A stretch of DNA of 64,000 nt from Candidatus Woesearchaeota archaeon UBA525 (GTDB taxonomy: Archaea > Nanobdellota > Nanobdellia > Woesearchaeales > UBA525), in assembly GCA_002498125.1 (NCBI GenBank), contig DAGG01000032.1, forward strand, positions 10,373 through 74,372, written 5' to 3'. Numbering within the stretch: position 1 is the stretch's first letter; the number at the start of each line of letters is the position of its first letter. The notes below the pieces were generated by a model that made no database searches, was not told the DNA's origin, and saw only the letters and a program-made list of their open reading frames with translations. Positions 18,446-28,700 of this stretch are shown here, piece after piece. The position numbers and the translations under genes are program-made.

Positions 18446-18841
18446 TCACTTCTTCGTCTTCGTGCCTATCTTGACTTCGGCTTTGGCCTCGGTATGCTTG
18501 TCCCTCTTGCTGATGAGGATGAGCTGACTCTTGAGGATGAGGTCGTGCTGGCTCACGAAGGCGAGGAGGACGCTACCGCTATAGAGGAAGGCGAAGATGT
18601 TGCGCACGAGGTCGACATCTACCTGGTCGCTCATCATCGTCGTGACGCCGCTAAGGTACATGATGTTGAAGAGCTGGAAGATGAGGTAGAGGAGCGAGGC
18701 GACGAAGAGGAAGTCCCATGGCCTGCGGTCGCGGTGCTCGTTGGTCTGCTTGAGGAAGAGGTAGGCGTAGATGAGGATGAAGGTCGCGATGAAGATGTTC
18801 GCATACCCTATCCATACCCCTGCGTACCCAGCCATGGCCAC
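18446..18841 (-). CDS. small multi-pass membrane protein
   Basis: Three TM segments and a Lys-rich tail. Confidence 0.75.
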   Translation of the reverse strand: MAMAGYAGVWIGYANIFIATFILIYAYLFLKQTNEHRDRRPWDFLFVASLLYLIFQLFNIMYLSGVTTMMSDQVDVDLVRNIFAFLYSGSVLLAFVSQHDLILKSQLILISKRDKHTEAKAEVKIGTKTKK

Positions 18842-18899
18842 AAAGAACCCTCTCGACGGGAGCCCTTTTAAAGTTTGAGAACCACTGGAGAGGAGAGAA

Positions 18900-20906
18900 T
18901 CAGAGCTTGACCTGGACGATGCCGCGATCGATTGAATCCATGGCCTGACCTATCTTGTCCTTGAGCTGGTTCTCATCAGGCATGACCTGGACGACGGCAT
19001 GCATGACCTGCGAGAGCACGTCGATGATGCGGCGCATGAAACGGACGATGTCCCCTTCAGGCATGGTCGTGAGCTCTGTGAGCTCAGCGAAGCTGCCACC
19101 GTCAAACCAGCGCCAGAGCATGGGCTCAAGCTGCTCCATGTTCGACTCGCGGAAGTACCGGTGGATGCCCTTATAGGGACGGAACTTGTTCAGGAGCTCA
19201 CGCGAGTGCGGCGCAGGGATCTTCTTGAAGGTCGTCATGCGCTTCTCTTCGTACTCGAGCGCAGCGGCGACGAGCACTATCTCAAACGGCGTGAAATCAC
19301 TGCGCAATGTCGAGGTGAAGAGCTCGGTGAGGATGAGCTCGTGATTGTATATGCGACGGGCGAACTCTCCCTGCGTATGCAGCTGCTCGCCATCGAGATA
19401 CCCGAGCTGCTGCAGCCGTTCGACCTTCTTGTCAAATGAGGCAACGATGCGCTCCTTGTGCGGGCCCACCATCTGATAGGTGTAGAAGCTCGACTTGAGG
19501 ATGACATCGCGCTCCTGCGGCGTGTGGTTGCTGATGAGGTTGAGGATGGTGTTATAGGAGAGCTGGTACTGCGATTGCAATGGCTCCTTGTCGCCGGCGA
19601 TGAGGGACTCCACCTTCTGAAGGTCGGCGAACTCAGGGTCCACGACGCTGATGGCGTAGCCGACCTTATCCATGCCGCGGCGGCCTGCGCGGCCTGCAAG
19701 CTGGAAGTACTCTTTGGTGTTAAGGTACCGAAAGCGCGTGCCGTCATACTTCTCCAGGCTGTCGAAGCACACTGTGCGTGCAGGGAGGTTGATGCCGACA
19801 GCGAACGTCTCTGTTGCGTATAACACTGAAAGCCATCCCTTGGCGAACGCTTGCTCCACGATCTCCTTGAGTATTGGCAGGAGGCCGGCGTGGTGGAACG
19901 CGATGCCACGCTCGAGGCACCGCACGAGGAGTCGCGTCGTATCCAGGCTCGCAATCGATGGGTCGGTCGTCGCGAGCTTCATCTCAGCGAACTCGCGCGC
20001 CTTTCGCGCCCGCTCCTCCTCGAGGAATCCTGTCCTGTGCGAGAGCTCATCCGCCTTCTTCTCGGTGTTCGCGCGGCTGAAGCAGAAATAGATGCACGAG
20101 AGCATGCCCTTGTGCTGGAGCTGGCGTATGAGGTCTACGTGTGTGAGTTTCTGACGCTTGTCCTCTTTCTTCTCGCGCTGATGTGATTGCGTATAACGTC
20201 CATGCTGGCGGCCTCTGCCGCGCCCAGCACGTCCACCGAATCTACCGCCGAAAGCCTCTTCGTACTTGGGGTACGCCTGTTCGCGTTTTCGCGCGCGGAT
20301 CTCGGCGAGTGTGCTCACGCCGAAGTGGACGTCGAAGAAGAGGTGGTCAAGCGGGACTGCGCGCTTCTTCTCAGTCACGACCTCAACAGGATGGTTCTTG
20401 ATCGACTGTATCCAGTTGGCGAACTGCTTCGCGTTCGGGATGGTCGCGCTCAGGCACACGAAGCGCACACCTGGATCGCTGAAGATGATGCATTCCTCCC
20501 AGACAGTGCCGCGCTCCGCATCGCCAAGGTAGTGGATCTCATCGAACACGACCGCTGCGAGATCCCCCATGGACTTGTCCTTGGCGAGCAGCATGTTGCG
20601 GTAGATCTCCGTGGTCATGATGACGAGCGGCGCCTCCGGGTTGTACACGACGTCGCCTGTAAGGATGCCAACGTTCTCCTCGCCGTAGATTGCCTTGAAC
20701 TCGCTGAACTTTTGGTTGGAGAGCGCCTTGATGGGCGCGGTGTAGAAGACTTTCTTGCCCTCCTTGAAGGACTTGTCGATCACGTAGTCCGCGATGACAG
20801 TCTTGCCTGTCCCTGTGGCTGCAGAGACGACGACAGAGTAGCCTTTGTCGAGGTAATCGATGGCCTCGATCTGGAACCTGTCGAGCTCAAAACCGCGGAA
20901 GTGCAT
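18900..20906 (-). CDS. Ski2/HelY-like DExH RNA helicase
   Basis: ATGTGKT, PIKALSNQK, DEIH, LSAT, QLAGRAGRRG, C-terminal DSHCT-like EGDIVR. Confidence 0.92.
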   Translation of the reverse strand: MHFRGFELDRFQIEAIDYLDKGYSVVVSAATGTGKTVIADYVIDKSFKEGKKVFYTAPIKALSNQKFSEFKAIYGEENVGILTGDVVYNPEAPLVIMTTEIYRNMLLAKDKSMGDLAAVVFDEIHYLGDAERGTVWEECIIFSDPGVRFVCLSATIPNAKQFANWIQSIKNHPVEVVTEKKRAVPLDHLFFDVHFGVSTLAEIRARKREQAYPKYEEAFGGRFGGRAGRGRGRQHGRYTQSHQREKKEDKRQKLTHVDLIRQLQHKGMLSCIYFCFSRANTEKKADELSHRTGFLEEERARKAREFAEMKLATTDPSIASLDTTRLLVRCLERGIAFHHAGLLPILKEIVEQAFAKGWLSVLYATETFAVGINLPARTVCFDSLEKYDGTRFRYLNTKEYFQLAGRAGRRGMDKVGYAISVVDPEFADLQKVESLIAGDKEPLQSQYQLSYNTILNLISNHTPQERDVILKSSFYTYQMVGPHKERIVASFDKKVERLQQLGYLDGEQLHTQGEFARRIYNHELILTELFTSTLRSDFTPFEIVLVAAALEYEEKRMTTFKKIPAPHSRELLNKFRPYKGIHRYFRESNMEQLEPMLWRWFDGGSFAELTELTTMPEGDIVRFMRRIIDVLSQVMHAVVQVMPDENQLKDKIGQAMDSIDRGIVQVKL

Positions 20907-20963
20907 ATGATGACGTATTCGGATGAGGTATTTAAAGTGACCTCTCCGGACACTAAAAGCAGA

Positions 20964-21036
20964 TGGACCCGGTCGGACTCGAACCGACGACCTTCTCGGT
21001 GTAAACGAGACGTTATAGCCACTAAACTACGGGTCC
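20964..21036 (-). tRNA. tRNA-Val(UAC)
   Basis: GGACCCG/CGGGTCC acceptor, TCTCG-TTTACAC-CGAGA anticodon arm, TTCGAGT. Confidence 0.95.
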
Positions 21037-21081
21037 TCCAGACCCTATTTTGCGTTCTGATGAACGCAAACTACGGGTCCT
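21024..21081 (-). repeat. 14-bp direct repeat duplicating the tRNA-Val 5' end, flanking a hairpin
   Basis: aaactacgggtcct at 21024-21037 and 21068-21081. Confidence 0.85.
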
Positions 21082-21196
21082 TCAAGCCTCAGCGACTCCA
21101 TTCTCCTTTAAAAAGACTCCGTCAGTGGACTCTATAGCGAAACCGTTATATAGGAAGAGTTTCCATAAGAATAGCCGTAGCGGCAAGGTAACAGCA

Positions 21197-22015
21197 ATGA
21201 CGAAGGTTGGTAGCGTCGAAGACAAGACGCAGAAGCAGATTCTCGACATCATAGTCCACCAGGACGACGTGAGCTGGAAGGCTATCATCTTCGGCCTCAT
21301 CGAGACCGAGCAGATGGACCCCTGGGACATTAACCTCACCCTCATCAGCCAGAAGTTCCTCGAGCAGCTGCGCAAGTTCCAGGAGATGGACTTCCGCATC
21401 GGCGGCAAGGTCGTGCTCGCAAGCGCAATCCTCCTCAAGCTCAAGGCAGAGCGGTTGCGCGACGAGGAGATAAACGCACTTGACAAGCTCATCCAGTCCG
21501 CAGAGGAGCCTATCGATCTCGGCCTGGACGACCCGGGCTTTGAGGAGCCATTCAGCTGGGGCGAGGAGGGCAGGCCGCAGCTCATGCCGCGTACGCCGCA
21601 GCCGCGAAAGCGCAAGGTCTCAGTCTACGATCTCGTCGAGGCGCTCGAGAAGGCATTGGAGACTGACGCGCTTCGACCAGTGTACGCTGCGCCGCGCGTG
21701 CTGGACACCATCAACCCGCCTGACAACCATATCGATATCAGCGTGATCATCCGCGAGGTGCACGCGCACATCTACGGCCACTACGAAGTGGACAAAAACA
21801 AGGAGAACCTGATGTTCCATAACATCATCAAGAGTGACGATCCCCGCGATGTCGTAATGGCATTCATCCCGCTCCTGCACCTGGAGAACGCGCGCAAGGT
21901 TGACATGACGCAGGAGGAGCACTTCGGGCCCATCAGTATCCATCTCCTCGACAAGGCCCCGCCGCAGTTCGAAGGCCAGACGCGCATCAGCACAGCAGCA
22001 GGGAAAAGAGCGTAA
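21197..22015 (+). CDS. scpA: segregation and condensation protein A (kleisin)
   Basis: MDPWDINL, ASAILLKLKA, RKVSVYDLVEAL, FIPLLHL, QEEHFGPI. Confidence 0.9.
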   Translation: MTKVGSVEDKTQKQILDIIVHQDDVSWKAIIFGLIETEQMDPWDINLTLISQKFLEQLRKFQEMDFRIGGKVVLASAILLKLKAERLRDEEINALDKLIQSAEEPIDLGLDDPGFEEPFSWGEEGRPQLMPRTPQPRKRKVSVYDLVEALEKALETDALRPVYAAPRVLDTINPPDNHIDISVIIREVHAHIYGHYEVDKNKENLMFHNIIKSDDPRDVVMAFIPLLHLENARKVDMTQEEHFGPISIHLLDKAPPQFEGQTRISTAAGKRA

Positions 22016-22068
22016 CCCTTTCTAGACACCAACAAACCTTTTTAAAGCACCTGCCATTCTTCCGTGAT

Positions 22069-22746
22069 ATGGGAATCCTCAAAGCGAATTTCAATGGCAC
22101 GCCAACTGTAGGACTGTACGGCTATGCCACAGACTCATTCCTCCTCCTCGGTGAGCATCTACAAGAGAAAGTACTCAAGGAGGTCACTGAGGTCCTCGGC
22201 AACGTCCCGGTCCACACATTCCGCGTGGCAGGAACGGGCATGCCCGGCATCTTCCTCGCGGGAAACAGCACCACGATACTCGTGCCGAGTATTGCGTTTG
22301 ACTACGAGCTCGAGCAGCTCACCAAGCTTGGCATCAACCACACAGTCTTCAAGACACGGCACACGTGCCTAGGCAACACCATCGTCTGCAACGACCATGG
22401 AGCGGTGATCAGCACCGACTTCGACGAGACGGAACGCAAACAGATTGAGAAGGTGCTCGGCGTTCCGGCTGTCCGCATGGACATCGCGAAGCTCAACACG
22501 CCGGGCGCGCTCATTGTGCTCAACGGCGAGAGGGGCATCATCCACCGTGACGCGACGACAGAGGAGGTCGCCGAGGTCGAGCGCATCCTCAAGGTGAAGC
22601 TTGAGCCCGCGACAATCAACCTCGGCACGCCGTACCTGCGCGCAGGCATCATCAACAACAGCCACGGCTTCGTCATAGGAGACCAGAGCGGCGGTCCGGA
22701 GATAGTCCACATCGACGCTGCGCTCGGGTACCTGGAGGACGAGTGA
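22069..22746 (+). CDS. eif6: translation initiation factor 6
   Basis: VGLYG, LGNTIVCNDHGA, TINLGTPYLRAGIINNSHG. Confidence 0.9.
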   Translation: MGILKANFNGTPTVGLYGYATDSFLLLGEHLQEKVLKEVTEVLGNVPVHTFRVAGTGMPGIFLAGNSTTILVPSIAFDYELEQLTKLGINHTVFKTRHTCLGNTIVCNDHGAVISTDFDETERKQIEKVLGVPAVRMDIAKLNTPGALIVLNGERGIIHRDATTEEVAEVERILKVKLEPATINLGTPYLRAGIINNSHGFVIGDQSGGPEIVHIDAALGYLEDE

Positions 22747-23126
22747 CGCTCACGAAGGAGCAGATGTTCGAAGCAGAGCTCCTCAACCAGCAGCTCCAGC
22801 ACATCCAGGAGTACATGCAGCGCATCGATAAGCAGATAGCAGAGGTGCTCGCCATGCGCGAAGCCCTCGCTGAGTTCGAGAAGGTCGCCGATGGCGATGA
22901 GATGCTCGTGCCGCTCGCTGCCGGCGTGTTCGTGAAAGCGCGCGCGACAACGGACAAGACACTGCAGGTAAACGTGGGAAACGGAGTTGTCGTCCCAAAG
23001 AACGCCGACGGCGTCCGTGCGATGCTCGCTGAGCAGATGGAAGATATGCGCAAGTACGAGGAGGAGCTCCATAAGCAGTTTGATCAGGCGCTCACACGCC
23101 TGCAGAGCATAGAGAAGGAGGCCTGA
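22743..23126 (+). CDS. pfdA: prefoldin subunit alpha
   Basis: MLVPLAAGVFVKA..VNVGNGVVV hairpin between coiled coils; conserved position before ftsY. Confidence 0.92.
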   Translation: MTLTKEQMFEAELLNQQLQHIQEYMQRIDKQIAEVLAMREALAEFEKVADGDEMLVPLAAGVFVKARATTDKTLQVNVGNGVVVPKNADGVRAMLAEQMEDMRKYEEELHKQFDQALTRLQSIEKEA

Positions 23127-24697
23127 TGTTCGGATTCCTCAAGGACAAGCTGAAGAAGGCGATAGGAGCGTTCTCGAAATCCGCCGAATCGGACATCAAG
23201 GAGGAGAAGGTCGAGGACAAGGAGGCCATCGAGAAGGCCAAGCAGGAGGAGAAGAAGGTCCTTGCCAAGAAGCCGACTAAACCAACCCCTAAGCCTGCAG
23301 CCAAACCTTCTAAACCCGACGACAAAACCGCTCCAGCACCTGCTCCAGTAAAACAATCTATACCCGTCGAGAAACCATCTCCCAAACCTGCTCCAGAAAA
23401 ACCGAAACCCACTCCCCCAACTCCTAAGGAGAAGCCGAAGGAAGAACCGAGAATTACTAAAGTTCCAGAAAAAGTTCCCGTAGTTCCTAAAATTTCTGTT
23501 GAACGCAAGGAAGCTAAACCTATTCCGAAAGAAAAGCCTGTTCAAGAGAAACCTGCCAAAGCGCAGGCAGTTGAACCAGAGAAGAAAGGATTCTTCGGCC
23601 GCCTCTTCGGCAAGAAAGAAGAAGTCAAGGAGGAGATCATCAGGGAGGAGATTCCTGCAGCAGCTCCTGTCGCCGAGACACTAGCCGAGACCATACAGGA
23701 GATGGAAGAGGTTGAAGCGGAGATCGCGAATGTTGAGGAACAGATCGTCGAGGACCGCGCCTATGAGGAGCACGCCGTCGCTGTCGCGGAAGAACCGGTT
23801 GAGACTGCAGAAGAGCCTTCCGGATTCTTCGGCAAGCTCAAAGACGCGTTCACGAAGAAGTCACTCACACCAGAGAAGTTCGATGAGCTCTTCTGGGAAC
23901 TCGAGCTCGCGATGCTCGAGAACAATGTCGCGGTCGAGGTCATCGAGAAGATCAAAGCAGACCTGCGCGACGAACTCACGAGCGGCAAGGTGTCGCGCAT
24001 GGGCATCGAGGACATGATTACCACGCGCCTACGCACATCTGTAGAGGAACTCTTCGATGTGCCGACATTCGACCTGGTCGAGCGCATCAAGGCGGGTCCA
24101 AAACCGTTCAAGATCTGCATGATCGGCGTGAACGGCAGCGGCAAGACCACGACGCTCGCCAAGATCATCCACATGCTGAAAAAAGAGAATCTCACGTGCA
24201 TCGTCGCGGCGAGCGACACGTTCCGCGCAGCGGCAATTGATCAGCTACGCGAGCACACAGATAAACTCGACGTGAAACTCATCAGCCAGGGCTACGGCGC
24301 TGACCCAGCGGCAGTCGCGTTCGACGCTATCAAGCACGCCGAGGCCAAGGGCGCAGATGTCGTGCTCATCGACACCGCTGGCCGGCTGCACAGCAACACA
24401 AATCTCATGGCCGAGCTCGAGAAAGTCGTGCGCGTAGCGAAACCGGACCTCAAGATATTCATCGGCGAGTCTATCACAGGGAATGATTGCGTCGAACAGG
24501 CGCAGGTCTTCAACAAGCTCGTCGGCATCGACGCTATCATCCTCAGCAAGGCGGATATCGACGAGAAAGGCGGTGCCGCCATCTCAGTATCATATGTCAC
24601 AGGCAAGCCCATCCTGTTCCTCGGCATGGGCCAGACCTACGACGACCTCGTGCCGTTTGAGAAAGAGAAGATTATCGAGAGTTTGGATTTAGGATAG
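23126..24697 (+). CDS. ftsY: SRP receptor FtsY with a long Pro/Lys/Glu-rich N-terminus
   Basis: GVNGSGKTTT, DTFRAAA, DTAGR, KGGAAIS. Confidence 0.96.
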   Translation: MFGFLKDKLKKAIGAFSKSAESDIKEEKVEDKEAIEKAKQEEKKVLAKKPTKPTPKPAAKPSKPDDKTAPAPAPVKQSIPVEKPSPKPAPEKPKPTPPTPKEKPKEEPRITKVPEKVPVVPKISVERKEAKPIPKEKPVQEKPAKAQAVEPEKKGFFGRLFGKKEEVKEEIIREEIPAAAPVAETLAETIQEMEEVEAEIANVEEQIVEDRAYEEHAVAVAEEPVETAEEPSGFFGKLKDAFTKKSLTPEKFDELFWELELAMLENNVAVEVIEKIKADLRDELTSGKVSRMGIEDMITTRLRTSVEELFDVPTFDLVERIKAGPKPFKICMIGVNGSGKTTTLAKIIHMLKKENLTCIVAASDTFRAAAIDQLREHTDKLDVKLISQGYGADPAAVAFDAIKHAEAKGADVVLIDTAGRLHSNTNLMAELEKVVRVAKPDLKIFIGESITGNDCVEQAQVFNKLVGIDAIILSKADIDEKGGAAISVSYVTGKPILFLGMGQTYDDLVPFEKEKIIESLDLG

Positions 24698-24827
24698 ACT
24701 AGACGGGCAGTTTCTCAATCAACTCGTGCATCGTCGCACTCGGCATCGGGCATGACGACAACTCATTCTCCCCAATGCTATTCTTCTTGCCAAGCTCGCG
24801 GTGCAGCGCGTATATAGAACTTAGAGG

Positions 24828-25664
24828 CTACGAGTTCTCAGCGAACAGCAGCGGGTAGTGCGATAATCCTTCTCGCGATACCTGCTTCTTGATGCTCGCG
24901 TACGCACCGAGGAGGAACCTGCGCAGCTCCTCGACCTTGCGGCTGGCGTAGGACGGGATGTTCGAGACGACGTAGCGGGCCGCTCCTTCGTACTCAGCAG
25001 CGAGCTTATCAAGTGGATCATTGCGCGTGAGTAGGTCGTGCGTGAGCCGGTTGCCCGCACGCGCGAGAGTATAACGGAAGTTCTCTCCATGTGTCGAGCC
25101 AAAGAGGAAAAGCTGCCGCTCTCGCGGCACGTGGTCCCAGTCGAGCGACTCGAGACTCGCATCCTGGCGGAGCTGCTCCTCGAGAATGTTGTTCGTGTTT
25201 GCGAGGAGTGCGTAGTCATCGAGGAGATTACCGATTGTGAGCTGCGTGCGCAGCGCGGAGGCTTGCCTGTCGCTGAGCGCGATGAGTTCAGTAAGACCGT
25301 CCTTGCGACCCTTGATGATCTGCCCCGAGAAACGCTGGAGCGGTAGGTCTGCGAGCAGCTTCGCGCTGCGCACGTATCCTTCGGCAGGGTTCATCATGCC
25401 AAGGTGTGCACATGCATCAGCGACGTCGCGGTACGTTCCGTCGAGGAACGCTTCCATCGCCGACACCAGTAGTCCATCCGCGCGGTGGATGTGGCTATCC
25501 GAATCGAGAGTGTCCCACTTGCCTGCGAACGCAATATGCGGATCGCCTAGAGAAGTGTTGTAAGACTCCCAGTTCCCCATTCGAGCAGGATTCGCCTCTG
25601 TGATTTTTAAGTGTTCTTCACGGAATGCCGAAACCCTTGAGGTGAGCGCCTGTGTATTGGTCAC
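24828..25664 (-). CDS. hypothetical protein (start uncertain)
   Basis: Long ORF; GTG start chosen downstream of a TATA-like box. Confidence 0.6.
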   Translation of the reverse strand: MTNTQALTSRVSAFREEHLKITEANPARMGNWESYNTSLGDPHIAFAGKWDTLDSDSHIHRADGLLVSAMEAFLDGTYRDVADACAHLGMMNPAEGYVRSAKLLADLPLQRFSGQIIKGRKDGLTELIALSDRQASALRTQLTIGNLLDDYALLANTNNILEEQLRQDASLESLDWDHVPRERQLFLFGSTHGENFRYTLARAGNRLTHDLLTRNDPLDKLAAEYEGAARYVVSNIPSYASRKVEELRRFLLGAYASIKKQVSREGLSHYPLLFAENS

Positions 25665-25761
25665 AGGCCATTTGCAGGAAGTGTTTAAAAGTAAAGGTTC
25701 TTTCTCTATTTTGTCGTCAATATACTCAAAACTAATTACTATATAGAAAATAAAACTGTCA

Positions 25762-28700
25762 ATGCCCATCACACACCAGACAGAGGAATTCCCTGAGTCA
25801 GAGATACTGGAAAGTCTCCATCCGTTCGTCCGTGAATGGTTCACCTCCACGTTCAAGGAGTTCTCGCCGCCGCAACGCTACGCGATACGCAACATCCAAC
25901 AAGGCGTGAACTGCCTCATCAGCTCGCCGACAGGATCAGGCAAGACGCTCTCAGCATTCCTCGCTATCATCAACGAACTCGTGACGCGCGCAGACACCGG
26001 ACAACTGGAGGACAAGGTCTACTGCATCTACATCAGCCCGCTCAAAGCCCTCGCAAACGACATCAACCGAAACCTCAAGGAACCGCTCGCGGCAATAAGC
26101 AAGATATCGAAGCGCTACCAACGTGAGCTGCCTATACGAGTGGGTACGCGCACCGGCGATACGACGACGAGCGAGCGAGCGAAGATGCTCGAGCGGCCGC
26201 CGCACATCCTCATCACGACTCCGGAATCCTTGAGCATCGCGCTCACGAGCGTAAAATTCTCCCAGATGCTCAAACTCACGAGATACCTCATCATCGACGA
26301 GATCCACGCACTGGCTGAGAACAAGCGCGGCACGCACCTGAGCCTTGGCATCGAGCGCCTTGCCAAGCACGCGACGTTCACCCGCATCGGCCTGAGCGCG
26401 ACAGTCGCGCCGCTCGACGAAATAGCGAAATACCTCGTGGGCTATGAAGACCCGGAGCAGAAAATCTTCCGCGACTGCCGCATCGTGGATGTCCAGTACC
26501 TCAAGCGCCTCGACCTCAAGGTGCTCTCGCCAGTCGATGACATCATGAATGTCTCACACACGAGACTGCAGGACGCGACCTATGAGCTCCTGCACGAACT
26601 GATCCAATCGCACCGCACGACACTCGTTTTCACGAACACGCGTAGCGGCACGGAGCGCGTCGTGCACCAACTCAAGGACCGCTACCCGAAGGCCTACGCG
26701 AACGTGCTCGATGCGGACGAGGAGCAAGAAGGGCTACGCGAAGCTGAAGGAGAGACGCACGAACGCCTCTCTGAAGAAGCCGAGTTAGGCGAAAGCGACA
26801 CTGAGATCATAGACCGTGAGAAGGCGGCCGAGTTCCTCTCCAAACCATCAGAGGATATCGACGAGGATAAGGTGTTGAGCGAAATAGCGAAACGTCCCAA
26901 ATCCCTCATAGGTGCGCACCACGGATCCTTGAGCAAACAGCACCGCCTGCGCATCGAGAGTATGCTCAAGGCCGGAGAACTCAAATCCGTCGTATGCAGC
27001 ACGAGCCTGGAGCTCGGCATCGACATCGGCTTCATCGACCTCGTCGTGCTTCTCGGCAGCCCGAAGTCCGTTGCGCGTGCGCTCCAGCGCATCGGCCGCA
27101 GCGGCCACAAGCTGCATGAGGAGGCCAAGGGCCGTATCATCGTCATGGACCGCGACGATCTCGTCGAGTGCAGCGTGCTCCTCAAGGCAGCCATAGAGAA
27201 GAAGATTGACCGCGTGAACATCCCAAAGAACGCACTTGACGTCCTCGCGCAGCAGCTCTACGGCATGGCTATCGAGGATGTGACCACACTCGAGGACGCG
27301 TGGCGCACCATCAAGTCCAGCTACTCGTATGACGGGCTGACGCGCAAGGAGTTCGACGACACGCTCATGTACCTCAGCGGCGAGTACACGCAGCTCACTG
27401 AAAGGAACATCTACGGCAAGATATGGATCGACCGCGAAAGTGGCACGTTCGGGAAACGCGGCAAGCTCGCGCGCCTCATCTACATGACGAACGTCGGCAC
27501 CATCCCCGACGAGACAAGCGTGCACGTCAAGATCGGCGAGCACACCATCGGCACAATCACTGAAGATTTCGCCGAACGCCTCAAGCCCGGCGACGTGTTC
27601 GTTCTCGGCGGCGAGCCGTACGAGTTCCGCTTCACGCGCGGCATGACAGCGCAGGTCAAAACGTCCGCGGGTCGGATGCCGACGGTACCGAACTGGATCA
27701 GCGAGATGCTCCCCCTGAGCTACGACCTCGCGCTCGAGATCCAGAACTTCCGAAAATACATGGATCAGTGGTTCGGCATGGGAAAGCCGAAAGAGGAGGT
27801 CAAGGACTGGATACGTTCCTACCTGTACGTTGACGAACGCGGCGTCGAGGCCATCTGGCGTTACTGCCATGAGCAGTACGCGTTCAGCGTCATCCCTCAC
27901 CGGCACAGGATACTGCTCGAGCACTTCAAGGACGGCAATAAGAAGTACGTCTTCGTGCACTCGCTCCATGGTCGCCGCGTGAATGACGTGCTCGCCCGTG
28001 CGCTCGCGTACGTGAACGGCCGCATCACCGGCCGTGACGTCGAGGTCAGCATCACGGACAACGGCTTCTACCTCAAGTCGACGCAGCCCATCCACGCGCT
28101 GCGCGCGCTCAAGCTCATCCGAGAGGATGAGCTCCAGAAACTCATGGAGATCGCGCTCGACCAGAGCGAGGTGTTAAAGCGCCGCTTCCGCCACTGCGCC
28201 GGACGCGCGCTCATGATCCTGCGCAATTACAAGGGACAGAGCAAGTCTGTCGGCCGGCAGCAGATTAGCTCTATGCTCATCATCAATGCGGTGCGGCGCA
28301 TCGGTAATGATTTCCCGATACTCAAAGAGGCGCGGCGCGAGATCCTGGAGGACCTCATGGACATCCACCATGCGCGCGACGTGGTGAGGCAGCTGCAGAG
28401 CGGCGCGATCACTGTCGAGGAACGTAGCACAGACCTGCCATCGCCCTTTGCGTTCAACCTTGTGCTCCAGGGGTACGTGGACATCCTGAAAGTTGAAGAC
28501 CGCATCGAGTTCGTCAGGCGTATGCACGATCTCGTGCTGCAGGAGATCGGCGAGCGGCCGAAGAAACCTAAAGAGCGCAGTGAGCGTAAGGATGTCCTGC
28601 CCGCAGTCGAGTTCACGTACGAACGGCTTTGGGAGGAGCAGGAGGCGGTGAAGCGACGCAGGGAGGAGGATTTCCAGGGGTACCTGAAGGATGAGCTGCG

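Noticed and set aside
26705-26905. Intein in Lhr
   Set aside because: No C/S start, no HN-C/S/T end, and too short
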